64,000 nucleotides of DNA from an uncultured Planctomycetota bacterium (GCA_963841915.1 CAWJEN010000006.1:1440001-1504000); one strand, 5' to 3'. Positions 19,356-28,126 are shown, counted from the stretch's first letter. Notes: a model not told the origin generated them from the sequence alone. Numbers and translations: made by a program.

Positions 19356-19979
19356 GCCAAACCCTATCCAGCAACGCCAGCCGCCGCTTAAGCCTTGCGC
19401 ATTGGCGGTGGGGCGATCTGGCAAGCCTCGCCCAGGTGCGACGGAGCCACGTGCAACATCGGCGGCGTCTCCACCCCCGAGCCGTCCGCCGTCCGCACCC
19501 GGACCCGAAGAAACGACAGCCACCGCCGCAAGAAGCGCCTCCGCCGACGGTTCCTCACGTCCCCCCTGTGCGAGTCAGCCCCGGCCGCCGCCGAATCGCA
19601 CGACGCGGGTGGGTATGGATCTTGCCATGGCCAGCTCGCCCTTGTCGCCACCCCGGCCGATGCGGTACAACATGTGCGTGCGACGGCTGCGAACATCACG
19701 CTGTACTCAAGGGGTCGAAAAGGCTCGCGACCCCTTTATCTGCCTCACCGCGTGCAACGATTGCCGATCCCCCCAGGCAACAACGCGAGGAAAAGGCTCG
19801 CGACTCCTTTATCTGCCTCACCGCGTGCAACGATTGCCGATCCCCCCAGGCAACAACGCGAGGAAAAGGCTCGCGACCCCTTTATCTGCCTCCCGCGACC
19901 CCTTTATCTGCCTCAGTGGGTGTACGGACGAAGGCGTTACATACTTTCATTGAAAATACTCTACTGGAGATAGACGCAG

Positions 19980-20699
19980 ATGAAGTCATTACCACTCCTC
20001 ACACTGGCAGCCGCGATATCATGCGGCTTCATTATGTACCACGTGGTGAATGGCGGCTCGCAAGTTTTCACGATGATCAAGACGAGTTCTCTAGCAGACT
20101 TCGATAGTGTCTTTCACAAAATAGGAGCTCAATCGCTTCTTGCAGACAGTTTAGGCGAAGATATCTATACCGAGGCATATGATTTCGGATCAGAAAGGAT
20201 CTATTTCGTGAAAGTTAAGTTCCCTGATGACGAAGATCTCCAAAATTGGTTAGCCAGTACGCCAGCTATCACGTCCGGCGAAGTCAATGAATATCATCAA
20301 GTAGCTATCGCGAGACGATTTAGGAGCAATCTGAATGTGTTTCCGGGATGGTTTCCACCAGAAGCAATCGAGAGCGGGAGAACTTTCTTTGGCGAGAGCA
20401 TTAGTGGCAATTACATCGGGTGGATGGCGGCAAGCAGAGGTCGCTCGCAAACTGATGGGGCACACCTCTTTTTCCTCATGGTTCGAGAGCACAGGGAAGA
20501 TAAAGGGGGACGGCAGACAAAGGGGGCAGACAAAGGGGTCGCGAGCCTTTTCTGCCTCCGGATGTTTCATGGCCCGGTCTACCCTTGTCGCCACCCCGGC
20601 CGAAGCGGTATAACATGCGGGTGCGAACATCATGCTGTGCTCACGGTGTCGAAAAAGCTCGCGACCCCTTTACCTGCCTCCCGGAATCAATTAAGGTGA
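19980..20699 (+). CDS. Low-GC cassette gene 1, hypothetical membrane-anchored/secreted protein; C-terminus reads through the repeats
   Basis: GGAGA RBS, hydrophobic N-terminus; AT-rich sequence ends at ~20500, where repeat-derived sequence begins. Confidence 0.7.
   Translation: MKSLPLLTLAAAISCGFIMYHVVNGGSQVFTMIKTSSLADFDSVFHKIGAQSLLADSLGEDIYTEAYDFGSERIYFVKVKFPDDEDLQNWLASTPAITSGEVNEYHQVAIARRFRSNLNVFPGWFPPEAIESGRTFFGESISGNYIGWMAASRGRSQTDGAHLFFLMVREHREDKGGRQTKGADKGVASLFCLRMFHGPVYPCRHPGRSGITCGCEHHAVLTVSKKLATPLPASRNQLR
20585..20614 (+). promoter_or_regulatory. Sigma70-like promoter in the repeated inter-REP module (also at 19642-19671 and 21462-21491)
   Basis: TTGTCG-N18-TATAAC; TACAAC in the other two copies. 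Confidence 0.5.
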
Positions 20700-20908
20700 A
20701 CCGCGTGCGGCAGCCCTCCACCATGCCTGATGTCCGCCCGCTAATGCCGGGTGAGCCACAACAAAGGCTCGCGACCCCTTTATCCGCCCTAAGGTGAACC
20801 GCGTGCGGCAGCCCTCCACCATGCCTGATGTCCGCCCGCTAATGCCGGGTGAGCCACAACAAAGGCTCGCGACCCCTTTATCCGCCCTAGCAGAGTGTTT
20901 CGGTCAAT

Positions 20909-21394
20909 GTGGCGGGTTCGCCTCATGTGGAGGAGGTGGTTCCTTTGCTTAGTAGATTTAAGATTGTTACATGGATCATGCAATGGCGAGTCTTGCTAGT
21001 CGCGGTGCCTGCATTGTTTGTGTTCCTATGCCTTGATGTTGAGCATGTGAGGATTAGGGAGACACCGGATCGAGATGCCTCCACAATACATAGAATCGAT
21101 GTCGACTCGGGAAGGTTCAAATATACTCAGACCATCATGGGGACAGAGGATTTTGTCAGGTTTGAGCAGTCAGAGCTAAGATCAGCTGAGACGGGTGTAA
21201 ACGTAAAGCTCCCATCGCTTAATCGCGTGCTGGTGCTCCAGCCGGAGCTGGTACACTTTGCCCGAATCTCAGGTGACAAAATGGTTGTATCGACCGTCAG
21301 TATCATCGTACCTGCCGCACTGACTGTAGGTGCAGGCTTGCTATTTGTTTTGATTAGCAAGACCCTGTTTCTGCGGAAGTGGAGGGGGAGATAG
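20909..21394 (+). CDS. Low-GC cassette gene 2, hypothetical two-TM membrane protein
   Basis: N- and C-terminal hydrophobic helices; GGAGGAGG at 20929 suggests a start at TTG 20945. Confidence 0.65.
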   Translation: MAGSPHVEEVVPLLSRFKIVTWIMQWRVLLVAVPALFVFLCLDVEHVRIRETPDRDASTIHRIDVDSGRFKYTQTIMGTEDFVRFEQSELRSAETGVNVKLPSLNRVLVLQPELVHFARISGDKMVVSTVSIIVPAALTVGAGLLFVLISKTLFLRKWRGR

Positions 21395-21640
21395 AAAGGG
21401 GCGGAGATAAAGGGGTCGCGAGCCTTTTCTGCCTCCGGATGGTTCATGGCCCGGTCTACCCTTGTCGCCACCCCGGCCGAAGCGGTACAACATGCGGGTG
21501 CGACGGCTGCGAACATCAAGCTGTACTCAAGGTGTCGAAAAGGCTCGCGACCCTTTTACCTGCCCCCCTTTTATCTGCCCTCAAGGTGTCGAAAAGGCTC
21601 GCGACCCCTTTATCTGCCCCGAAAGAAAAGAATCACGAGA

Positions 21641-22303
21641 ATGTACCACCTCGAGCTGGGGTGCCGTATCCGACGACTGGTGAAATGCCGTGGAACATGT
21701 TTGGCTGAAACCGCTTCCCGACCCACTTCAACAGCCATGCTCCTTTTCCTCGCAACAACCATCTTCGGAGCTCTCTCAACTGCATTGCCAGGATCTTCAT
21801 GTTCTGAAGGATCGACTACAGCCGTGTTCGTCGTGAGACAGTCTGCTCACCTTTCGTTCTACGATCTAGATGGAACGGCATCGCCATCACATGTAAAGAT
21901 AGTGCGACATGCAGTCGTCATCCAGGATGTGTGGGTTGACATCGCAATCTCTAAAACCGCTTTATCCGGTGGTCTATGCCCGTGTAGTCAGGAAGTTTGC
22001 ATTTGGGCTGTCGACGATTCAGAGCCGAAGCAAGAGTGGCGGCAGGTGCACGCGGTCGGCCTAGAACTTCTTAAACCTCAAGAAGCTGTTAGATGGTCGG
22101 AGAACGGCGGGAACAGGGTTCTGCTTGCTTCTGCTGATGCGGAAGTTCGTCGTGTCAAAGGACATGTGATTAACGAGTACATGTCTAGGTTATCAGATGT
22201 TGTGTCTGGAGCTGATAATGATGACACTGATCGAGAGTTACTCACCACCACAGTTGAGACGGTTGCTGTGCTTCCGAGGGAGCAATCGCGATTGGAGGAA
22301 TGA
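21641..22303 (+). CDS. Low-GC cassette gene 3, hypothetical secreted protein
   Basis: AT-richer ORF between repeats; alternative start ATG 21737 gives a signal-like MLLFLATTIFGALSTA. Confidence 0.55.
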   Translation: MYHLELGCRIRRLVKCRGTCLAETASRPTSTAMLLFLATTIFGALSTALPGSSCSEGSTTAVFVVRQSAHLSFYDLDGTASPSHVKIVRHAVVIQDVWVDIAISKTALSGGLCPCSQEVCIWAVDDSEPKQEWRQVHAVGLELLKPQEAVRWSENGGNRVLLASADAEVRRVKGHVINEYMSRLSDVVSGADNDDTDRELLTTTVETVAVLPREQSRLEE

Positions 22304-22342
22304 CGGTACCTCGGTGGAGATCAGCAGATAAAGGGTCGCGAG

Positions 22343-22553
22343 GGCTCTGTCTCGACCCTCTTCTTCGCCTGAGGACCATCGTGTTGTGGACGACGCTCTT
22401 GAGCAGCATCTCCATCTCCCGGCCGCGACGCGTGCGGCCCCGCAGCGTGTCGCCCAGGTTCCGCTTCATCATCGAGTTCACGCACTCGACGCCCGAGCGC
22501 CGCCGGTAGGCCACGCCCCCGCCGTCGCGGCGGAACTTCTTGTGCATCCGCCG
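22343..22553 (-). mobile_element. IS remnant: C-terminal DDE transposase fragment (IS5/IS4-like) with probable IS end
   Basis: YRRRSGVECVNSMMKRNLG...KSVVHNTM resembles the YxxRxxxE...K (YREK) signature; GGCTCTGT at 22343 resembles a terminal inverted repeat. Confidence 0.7.
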
Positions 22554-22749
22554 AGAGAATAAAGGGGTCGCGGAGAGAATAAAGGGGTCGCGAGCCTTTT
22601 CTCCGTGCCTAGCCTGCTGCCATGCCTCGCACCTCGCGAGGCGGCAGACAAAGGGGTCGCGAGCCTTTTCTGCCTCCGGATGTTTCATGGCCCGGTCTAC
22701 CCTTGTCGCCACCCCGGCCGGGGGCAGATAAAGGGGTCGCGAGCCTTTT

Positions 22750-22857
22750 TTGCCGCGCCTAGCGTGCTCCCATGCCTCGTACCCCGCGTGACGCCCCCGG
22801 CGGACTCGTCTACCACGTCCTCAACCGGGCCGTCGCCCCCCTGGCCATCTTCGAGAG
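22750..22857 (+). pseudogene. Truncated near-identical copy of the RAYT gene 5' end
   Basis: Encodes MPRTPRDAPGGLVYHVLNRAVAPLAIFE versus ...NRAVARLAIFE in the full gene; bounded by REP copies. Confidence 0.9.
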
Positions 22858-22937
22858 GGAGATAAAGGGGTCGCGAGCCTTTTCCAAGCGGAGACAAAGG
22901 GGTCGCGAGCCTTTTTTGCCGCGCCTAGCGTGCTCCC

Positions 22938-23678
22938 ATGCCTCGTACCCCGCGTGACGCCCCCGGCGGACTCGTCTACCACGTCCTCAACCGGGCCGTT
23001 GCACGTCTGGCCATCTTCGAGACGGACGGCGACTATGCGGCGTTCGTCAAGGTGTTCCGCCAGGCGGTCGAGCGGCAGGATCGGCTGGCGAAGGAGGGCC
23101 GTGCCAAGCGGGTTGACGTGCTGGCGTGGTGTCTGATGCCGAATCACTGGCACCTCGTCCTGCGGCCGCGAGGCGACGGCGAGCTGTCGACCTTCATGCG
23201 GTGGCTGACGATGACCCACACGCAGCGGTGGCACGCCAACCGGCGGTCGGCGGGGACCGGGCCGTTGTACCAGGGGCGGTTCAAGAGCTTTCCCATTGAT
23301 CCGCATCACGATGGGCACCATCTGACGGGTGTGCTGGCCTACGTGGAGCAGAACGCCCGGCGGGCGGGACTGGCCCAGACGGCGGCGGCGTGGCCTTGGG
23401 GCAGCCTCGGGCGGCGGCCAGGCGGCGAGTATGAGCGGCACGAAGAGCCGGGGCCACGCCTGCTGCCGATCGAGCGGCTGCCGGGCGGGCACGCGTGGAC
23501 GGCGGACGCGTGGCAGAAACACGTCGAGCAGGAATTTGACGCCGAAGTCGAGCGGGAGCTGGAGGCGAGCTTCAAGCGTGGCCGCCCGTACGGCAGCGAG
23601 CGGTGGACGAAGCGGATTGCAGGGCGGCTGAACCTCGACAGCACCCTGCGGCCGCGAGGTCGGCCACGGCTCACGTGA
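22938..23678 (+). mobile_element. REP-associated tyrosine transposase (RAYT; HUH Y1_Tnp superfamily)
   Basis: YHVLNR, CLMPNHWHLV (HUH), YQGRFKS, YVEQNARRAGL (catalytic Tyr), WPWGS, RPRGRP tail. Confidence 0.92.
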
Positions 23679-23790
23679 AACAACGACAAGCAGCCGGCAA
23701 GAACAGGATGACACCTTGATCGCACCTGAGCGATTGTGTCTTCTTCGCCGCTGAGGGCATCACTGCGTCCGATCCGCTTTTGACTGCTGA

Positions 23791-23872
23791 TAGCGACCGT
23801 GGGACTCGAACCCACACTCCGTGAGGAACTCGATTTTGAATCGAGCGCGTCTGCCAATTCCGCCAGGCCGCC
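23791..23872 (-). tRNA. tRNA-Leu(CAA)
   Basis: GGCGGCC-TGGCGGAATTGGCAGACGCG-CTCGA TTCAAAA TCGAG, long variable arm, GTGGGTTCGAGTCCCAC-GGTCGCT-A; CCA not encoded. Confidence 0.97.
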
Positions 23873-23905
23873 GGCTTGAAGGTGGGCATCGTAGCCTAGC
23901 TGTCC

Positions 23906-25012
23906 ATGGCTTGTCGCGTTGCGATTCTCGGCTCCACCGGTTCGATCGGGTCGCAAACGCTCGACGCCATTGATGCGCTCAACGCCGACGGCTTTGACTT
24001 TGAGATCGTGGCGATGGTGGCCGGCAAGAACCGCAAGACGCTCGACCGGCAGGCCAGGCGGTGGCCCAATGCGACGGCGAAGCTGGCCATCGACGAAGGG
24101 CCGGGCGCGTTGGTCGAGGCGGCCGAGCGGGGCGATGTGGATGTCGTGGTGCACGCGGTGGTTGGGGCTGCCGGGCTGCCGGCTGCATTTGCTGCGTGCG
24201 AGGCCGGTCATCGCAGGCTGTGCCTGGCCAACAAAGAGTCGCTCGTCGTCGGGGGGTCGCTGCTCATGGCGACGGCTAAGGCGAATGGCGTCGACCTCGT
24301 GCCAATCGACTCGGAGCACACGGCCATTTTCCAGGCGATGGCGTGCGGGAGACGCGAGGAAGTCCGTCGCGTGCTCCTGACGGCCAGCGGCGGGCCATTT
24401 CGTGACGCTGCCGAGTGGCCGACACACAAGCTCGAGCGGGCGACGATCAAGCAGGCCCTTGACCACCCGACGTGGACCATGGGCGGCAAGATCACGGTCG
24501 ATTCGGCTACGTTGTTTAACAAGGGTTTCGAGCTTATCGAGGCGGTTCACCTTTACGGACTCAAGGCCGACGACGTGCAGGTCGTGGTTCATCCGCAGAG
24601 CATCGTTCATTCGATGGTCGAGTACGTTGACGGCAGCACGATCGCCCATCTGTCGCCGGTCGATATGAAGCTGCCGATCGCGTACGCGTTGACGCATCCG
24701 CGGCGTGGGGCGTCGGGCAGCGGGACGCTTGACTGGTCGCAGGCGATGACGCTCGACTTCGAGCCACCCGACGAGGAGCGATTTGCAGCGTTGCGGCTGT
24801 GTCGTGAAGCGGTCACGCGGGGCGGCGTTGTGCCGACGTACCTGAATGCGGCCAACGAGGTGGCGGTGAACGCATTTCTTGCCGGCGACTTGCGTTTCGG
24901 CGACATCAGCCGCGTGGTCGAGCGGGTGACGCGTCAGGCGCCGCAGCAAGAGCCGACGTCGCTGGCGGAGTTGCTTGAAGCCGACACCGCAGCACGAGTG
25001 CTGGCGGCGTGA
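23906..25012 (+). CDS. dxr: 1-deoxy-D-xylulose-5-phosphate reductoisomerase
   Basis: LGSTGSIG, LANKESL, PIDSEH, TASGGPF, HPTWTMGGKITVDSAT and NAANE motifs. Confidence 0.98.
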   Translation: MACRVAILGSTGSIGSQTLDAIDALNADGFDFEIVAMVAGKNRKTLDRQARRWPNATAKLAIDEGPGALVEAAERGDVDVVVHAVVGAAGLPAAFAACEAGHRRLCLANKESLVVGGSLLMATAKANGVDLVPIDSEHTAIFQAMACGRREEVRRVLLTASGGPFRDAAEWPTHKLERATIKQALDHPTWTMGGKITVDSATLFNKGFELIEAVHLYGLKADDVQVVVHPQSIVHSMVEYVDGSTIAHLSPVDMKLPIAYALTHPRRGASGSGTLDWSQAMTLDFEPPDEERFAALRLCREAVTRGGVVPTYLNAANEVAVNAFLAGDLRFGDISRVVERVTRQAPQQEPTSLAELLEADTAARVLAA

Positions 25013-25098
25013 CGCGTTGGGCCCACCGATGAAACCCGGTGGGTCGCTGCGCGTTCCTAGAGTCGCCGCCACCTGTCGCTGACCGACGCCGACTCATC

Positions 25099-27153
25099 AT
25101 GGACCTGATCTCGCTTTTCAACCTGCTCCTGCTCGGTATCGGGTTCGGTTTCGTGATCTTCTGGCACGAACTGGGCCACTTTCTTGCCGCCAAGTGGGCG
25201 GGCGTGCGCGTCGAGCAATTCGCCGTCGGCTTCGGCAACGCGATCTTTAGCTTCCGCAAGGGCCTGGGTATTCGGCGTGGGACCAGCGCGCCTGAGTATC
25301 AGCGACGGCTCGAGGCCGACCCGAACGTCGCGATGTCGCCGACGGAGTACCGGCTCAATTGGCTGCCGCTGGGCGGCTACGTGAAGATGCTCGGTCAGGA
25401 AGATCTGGCCGTCGTCGACAAGCAGCACGAGCCCGACAGCTATCAGGCCAAGAGCGTCGGCAAGCGGATGATCATCATCTCGGCAGGCGTCGTCATGAAC
25501 GTCATTCTGGCGGCGGTGCTCTTTACGGTCGTCTACTTCTGGGGCTTCTCGGCCGAGGCGGCCAAGGTCGGGCAAGTGCTGCCAGGCACGCCGGCGGCGC
25601 AGATCAACCTGCAGCCCGGTGACACGATCATCAGCGTCAACGGGCGGGCGGCGCACGACTTTGCGAAGCTGCGGCTTGGCATCGCGCTGGCCGATCCGGA
25701 CGAGGAGACGTCGCTCGTCGTGCAGCCGAACGGGTCAACTGAGTTGGAAACGCGGACGCTCAAGCCCGAGGTCGGCGAGGAAGGCGCGGGCATGCTGACG
25801 ATCGGCGTGCTACCGATGCCGACGCTCGACCTGCGGAACGCGCCGGGCGAGACAAGCGAGCTTGAGAACCTCCGCAAGACGACCGCGGCGGACGTGCTGG
25901 CGGTGCTGCCGGGCGAGCGGGTGCTGAGTGTCGATAACATGGAAGTCGATGCCGACGACTTCCCGGTTTACGCGGCGGCGTTCGATCGGGCGGGCGACGA
26001 AGGCCGGGCGGTGATTCTGCAGAAGGAAGAGGCCGGCGGCACGAAGCGGGTCGAGAAGGTGATGCCGACCGTGCTCATGCTGAGCGATGCGTATCAACCA
26101 TTCGCCGGCGTGCAGCCGTTGCTCAAGGCTCAGTCAGTGCCTGCGGACTCGAAGATGCAGCCGGGCGACATCTTTCTGGCGTTGAAGGTGCCTGATACGG
26201 GCGACACGCTGAGGCGGCCGACGATGAAAACGCTGGGCGAGTGGCTTGCCAAGGCCGGTGAACGCGGTCAGGCGGTGTCGCTGACGGTCGATCGCGGTGG
26301 CGAGGTCATCGAGCTCGAAGACGTGCCGTTGCGGGTCGTATCGGGTGGACTTGTAAGCCGTCTGATGGGCTCGGCACGGTATGGCCTGGGCGTCTTGATG
26401 ACGCAGGACCTGCAGTCGTCACGCGTGGCTGCCGAGGCCGTCAAAGATTCGGCGGCAGCTTCGATGGACGGCCTCGTTGCCGAGGCGGCAGACGTCCAGA
26501 TCACCGCCGTCAACGGCCAAGCCGTGGCCAACTACTACGACTTCAGCCGCCTACTGCGGACGGCGATAGAGGGAGCAGACGAAGAGGCGACGGTGCCTGT
26601 GACGCTCTTTGTCGACGGCGAGGTGAAGGAGTCGGCCCTGGTGCTGAACGACAAGGCCATGGCGGCAATCAACGGTGTCGACTGGATGGGTCCGGTTGCG
26701 ACGCTGAGCCCGTTCGGAGGCGTTCCCGTAGAGGCCGTCCGCCGCACACGCAACCCGCTGACGGCCATGGGCTGGGGCGTCCTCGAGACACGCGACCAGA
26801 TCGCCAACCTTTACCTGACGCTGAGGCGCGTGACGGTCGACCAGACAGTCTCGGCCAGCAACCTCAGCGGCCCGGTCGGCATCATCCACTTCGGCACGAT
26901 CGTCGCTGCCAAGGGCTACGACTGGCTCTTGTGGTTCCTGGCGATGCTGTCGGCCAACTTGGCGGTCGTGAACTTCCTGCCGATCCCGATCCTCGACGGC
27001 GGACACATGGTGTTCCTGCTATGGGAAAAGATCCGCGGCAAAGCCCCGCCGCGTGCGGTACAGGAAGGCGCGTTGTGGGTCGGTCTGGCGGCGCTGGGTT
27101 GCTTCGTGATCTTCGTCACGATCAACGACATCGGGCGGCTGATTCCGTTCTAG
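25099..27153 (+). CDS. rseP: RIP metalloprotease RseP (site-2 protease, PDZ domains)
   Basis: HELGH, PLGGYVKM and NFLPIPILDGGH motifs; follows dxr. Confidence 0.95.
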   Translation: MDLISLFNLLLLGIGFGFVIFWHELGHFLAAKWAGVRVEQFAVGFGNAIFSFRKGLGIRRGTSAPEYQRRLEADPNVAMSPTEYRLNWLPLGGYVKMLGQEDLAVVDKQHEPDSYQAKSVGKRMIIISAGVVMNVILAAVLFTVVYFWGFSAEAAKVGQVLPGTPAAQINLQPGDTIISVNGRAAHDFAKLRLGIALADPDEETSLVVQPNGSTELETRTLKPEVGEEGAGMLTIGVLPMPTLDLRNAPGETSELENLRKTTAADVLAVLPGERVLSVDNMEVDADDFPVYAAAFDRAGDEGRAVILQKEEAGGTKRVEKVMPTVLMLSDAYQPFAGVQPLLKAQSVPADSKMQPGDIFLALKVPDTGDTLRRPTMKTLGEWLAKAGERGQAVSLTVDRGGEVIELEDVPLRVVSGGLVSRLMGSARYGLGVLMTQDLQSSRVAAEAVKDSAAASMDGLVAEAADVQITAVNGQAVANYYDFSRLLRTAIEGADEEATVPVTLFVDGEVKESALVLNDKAMAAINGVDWMGPVATLSPFGGVPVEAVRRTRNPLTAMGWGVLETRDQIANLYLTLRRVTVDQTVSASNLSGPVGIIHFGTIVAAKGYDWLLWFLAMLSANLAVVNFLPIPILDGGHMVFLLWEKIRGKAPPRAVQEGALWVGLAALGCFVIFVTINDIGRLIPF

Positions 27154-27177
27154 GTTGGGACGTTTAACCGTCAACAG

Positions 27178-27210
27178 AAAGACGCCGCGACTCCCGTCGC
27201 GGCGTCTTCG
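27178..27210. terminator. Bidirectional hairpin terminator between convergent genes
   Basis: AAGACGCCGCGAC-TCCC-GTCGCGGCGTCTT. Confidence 0.75.
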
Positions 27211-27230
27211 TCTGGCAATTGCAGTTCTGC

Positions 27231-27980
27231 CTACTTGCGGCGACGCAGCAGCAGCCCGCCAGCCATGAGGGCAACGGCAGCCGTGGTCGGCTCGGGAACA
27301 ACCGTGATTGTCGGGTTGTCGATCGCCACGTTGTAGTCGTTGAACGAGAAGAAGAAGCCCGGCGTAATCGTCGTCAGGACCACCTCGTCGACCTCGGCAA
27401 GCACATTGGCGAATGTGCGGCCGTCCGGCAGGATGGGCTCGAAGGTCACGGGATCTTCAGCACCATAGCCGCCCCAGCCGGCAGGCAAGGCTTCTTGCGT
27501 CGGGTCTTCGACGGCAACGGACAGGTTCACAAACCCGCTCGATGCCGTGCCGCCGGTCGGTGTGACGGTGCCGGTAGCAATGTCGGCCAGGTCGTAGAAG
27601 ACGCTCGTGTAAGGCAAGCCATTCTGCGGGTTATCGAGGTCGCGAAACTCGACGACCATGTCGCGAATCACCGGGAAGAAGCCGCCGACAAGCTCGCTCT
27701 GAACATCGACGCTGAAGGTGAAGGGGGCCGTCGTGTAATCGCCTGCCCAATCGGCCGAGTCGTTGCGGAACGAAATGCCGAAGTTGTTGAAGACGGTGCG
27801 GAACGAGGGGGCGGGCGTGCCGGTGGTGCCGTCAATACCCGTCGAACCGCCCAGGCCTTGCGGGCCGATCCAGCCCTCGACGCCGTTGTCGAAGGTCGTC
27901 GTGACGTTGTCGATCGCCAGCGTCGGCGCGGCGGCAAGGGCAAGGGCGGCGAGGGTTGTGCTGAGGTGAGTCGTGTTCAT
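27231..27980 (-). CDS. PEP-CTERM sorting-domain surface protein
   Basis: Signal peptide; C-terminal VPEPTTAAVALMAGGLLLRRRK. Confidence 0.92.
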   Translation of the reverse strand: MNTTHLSTTLAALALAAAPTLAIDNVTTTFDNGVEGWIGPQGLGGSTGIDGTTGTPAPSFRTVFNNFGISFRNDSADWAGDYTTAPFTFSVDVQSELVGGFFPVIRDMVVEFRDLDNPQNGLPYTSVFYDLADIATGTVTPTGGTASSGFVNLSVAVEDPTQEALPAGWGGYGAEDPVTFEPILPDGRTFANVLAEVDEVVLTTITPGFFFSFNDYNVAIDNPTITVVPEPTTAAVALMAGGLLLRRRK

Positions 27981-28126
27981 GGTTCTCCCGGAGTTTGAAG
28001 TGCGCCGTCGAAACGCCGACGCGATGGCGGAGGTTGTACCGGAGGCGTCGCCGAGCGTCAAGAGTTTCCCGGAAACTTTCTACGGCCCCTCGACGCCGTA
28101 CCGCCGATCGACTACAACCGGCCGTC

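Larger units (their letters stand above)
19718..22915. repeat. Array of ~18 REP-like 20-bp imperfect hairpins (AAAGGGGTCGCGAGCCTTTT or its reverse complement)
   Basis: Reverse-complement form starts at 19718, 19791, 19864, 19894 (partial), 20652, 20762, 20860, 21538, 21592; AAAGGGG-first form at 20532, 21409, 22330 (partial), 22561 (partial), 22581, 22650, 22730, 22864, 22896. Confidence 0.95.

Noticed and set aside
19252..19973. Overlapping ORFs across the left array edge
   Set aside because: Low-complexity, repeat-derived translations with no recognisable domain
19718..22915. CRISPR array interpretation of the 20-bp repeats
   Set aside because: Repeats occur in both orientations, spacers range from ~10 to >700 bp and are sometimes duplicated, and no cas genes are present
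19626..23678. Classical integron
   Set aside because: No tyrosine recombinase (IntI), and the repeats lack the RYYYAAC...GTTRRRY attC core; the adjacent enzyme is an HUH Y1 transposase
23667..23682. Possible third parS site CGGCTCACGTGAAACA at the RAYT stop
   Set aside because: Only one half-site is intact (three mismatches in the left arm); may be chance
23339..25072. 577-aa minus-strand ORF and similar long antisense ORFs (e.g. 38702-40387, 31536-32894)
   Set aside because: Shadow frames of well-supported genes in high-GC DNA; the first also crosses a tRNA
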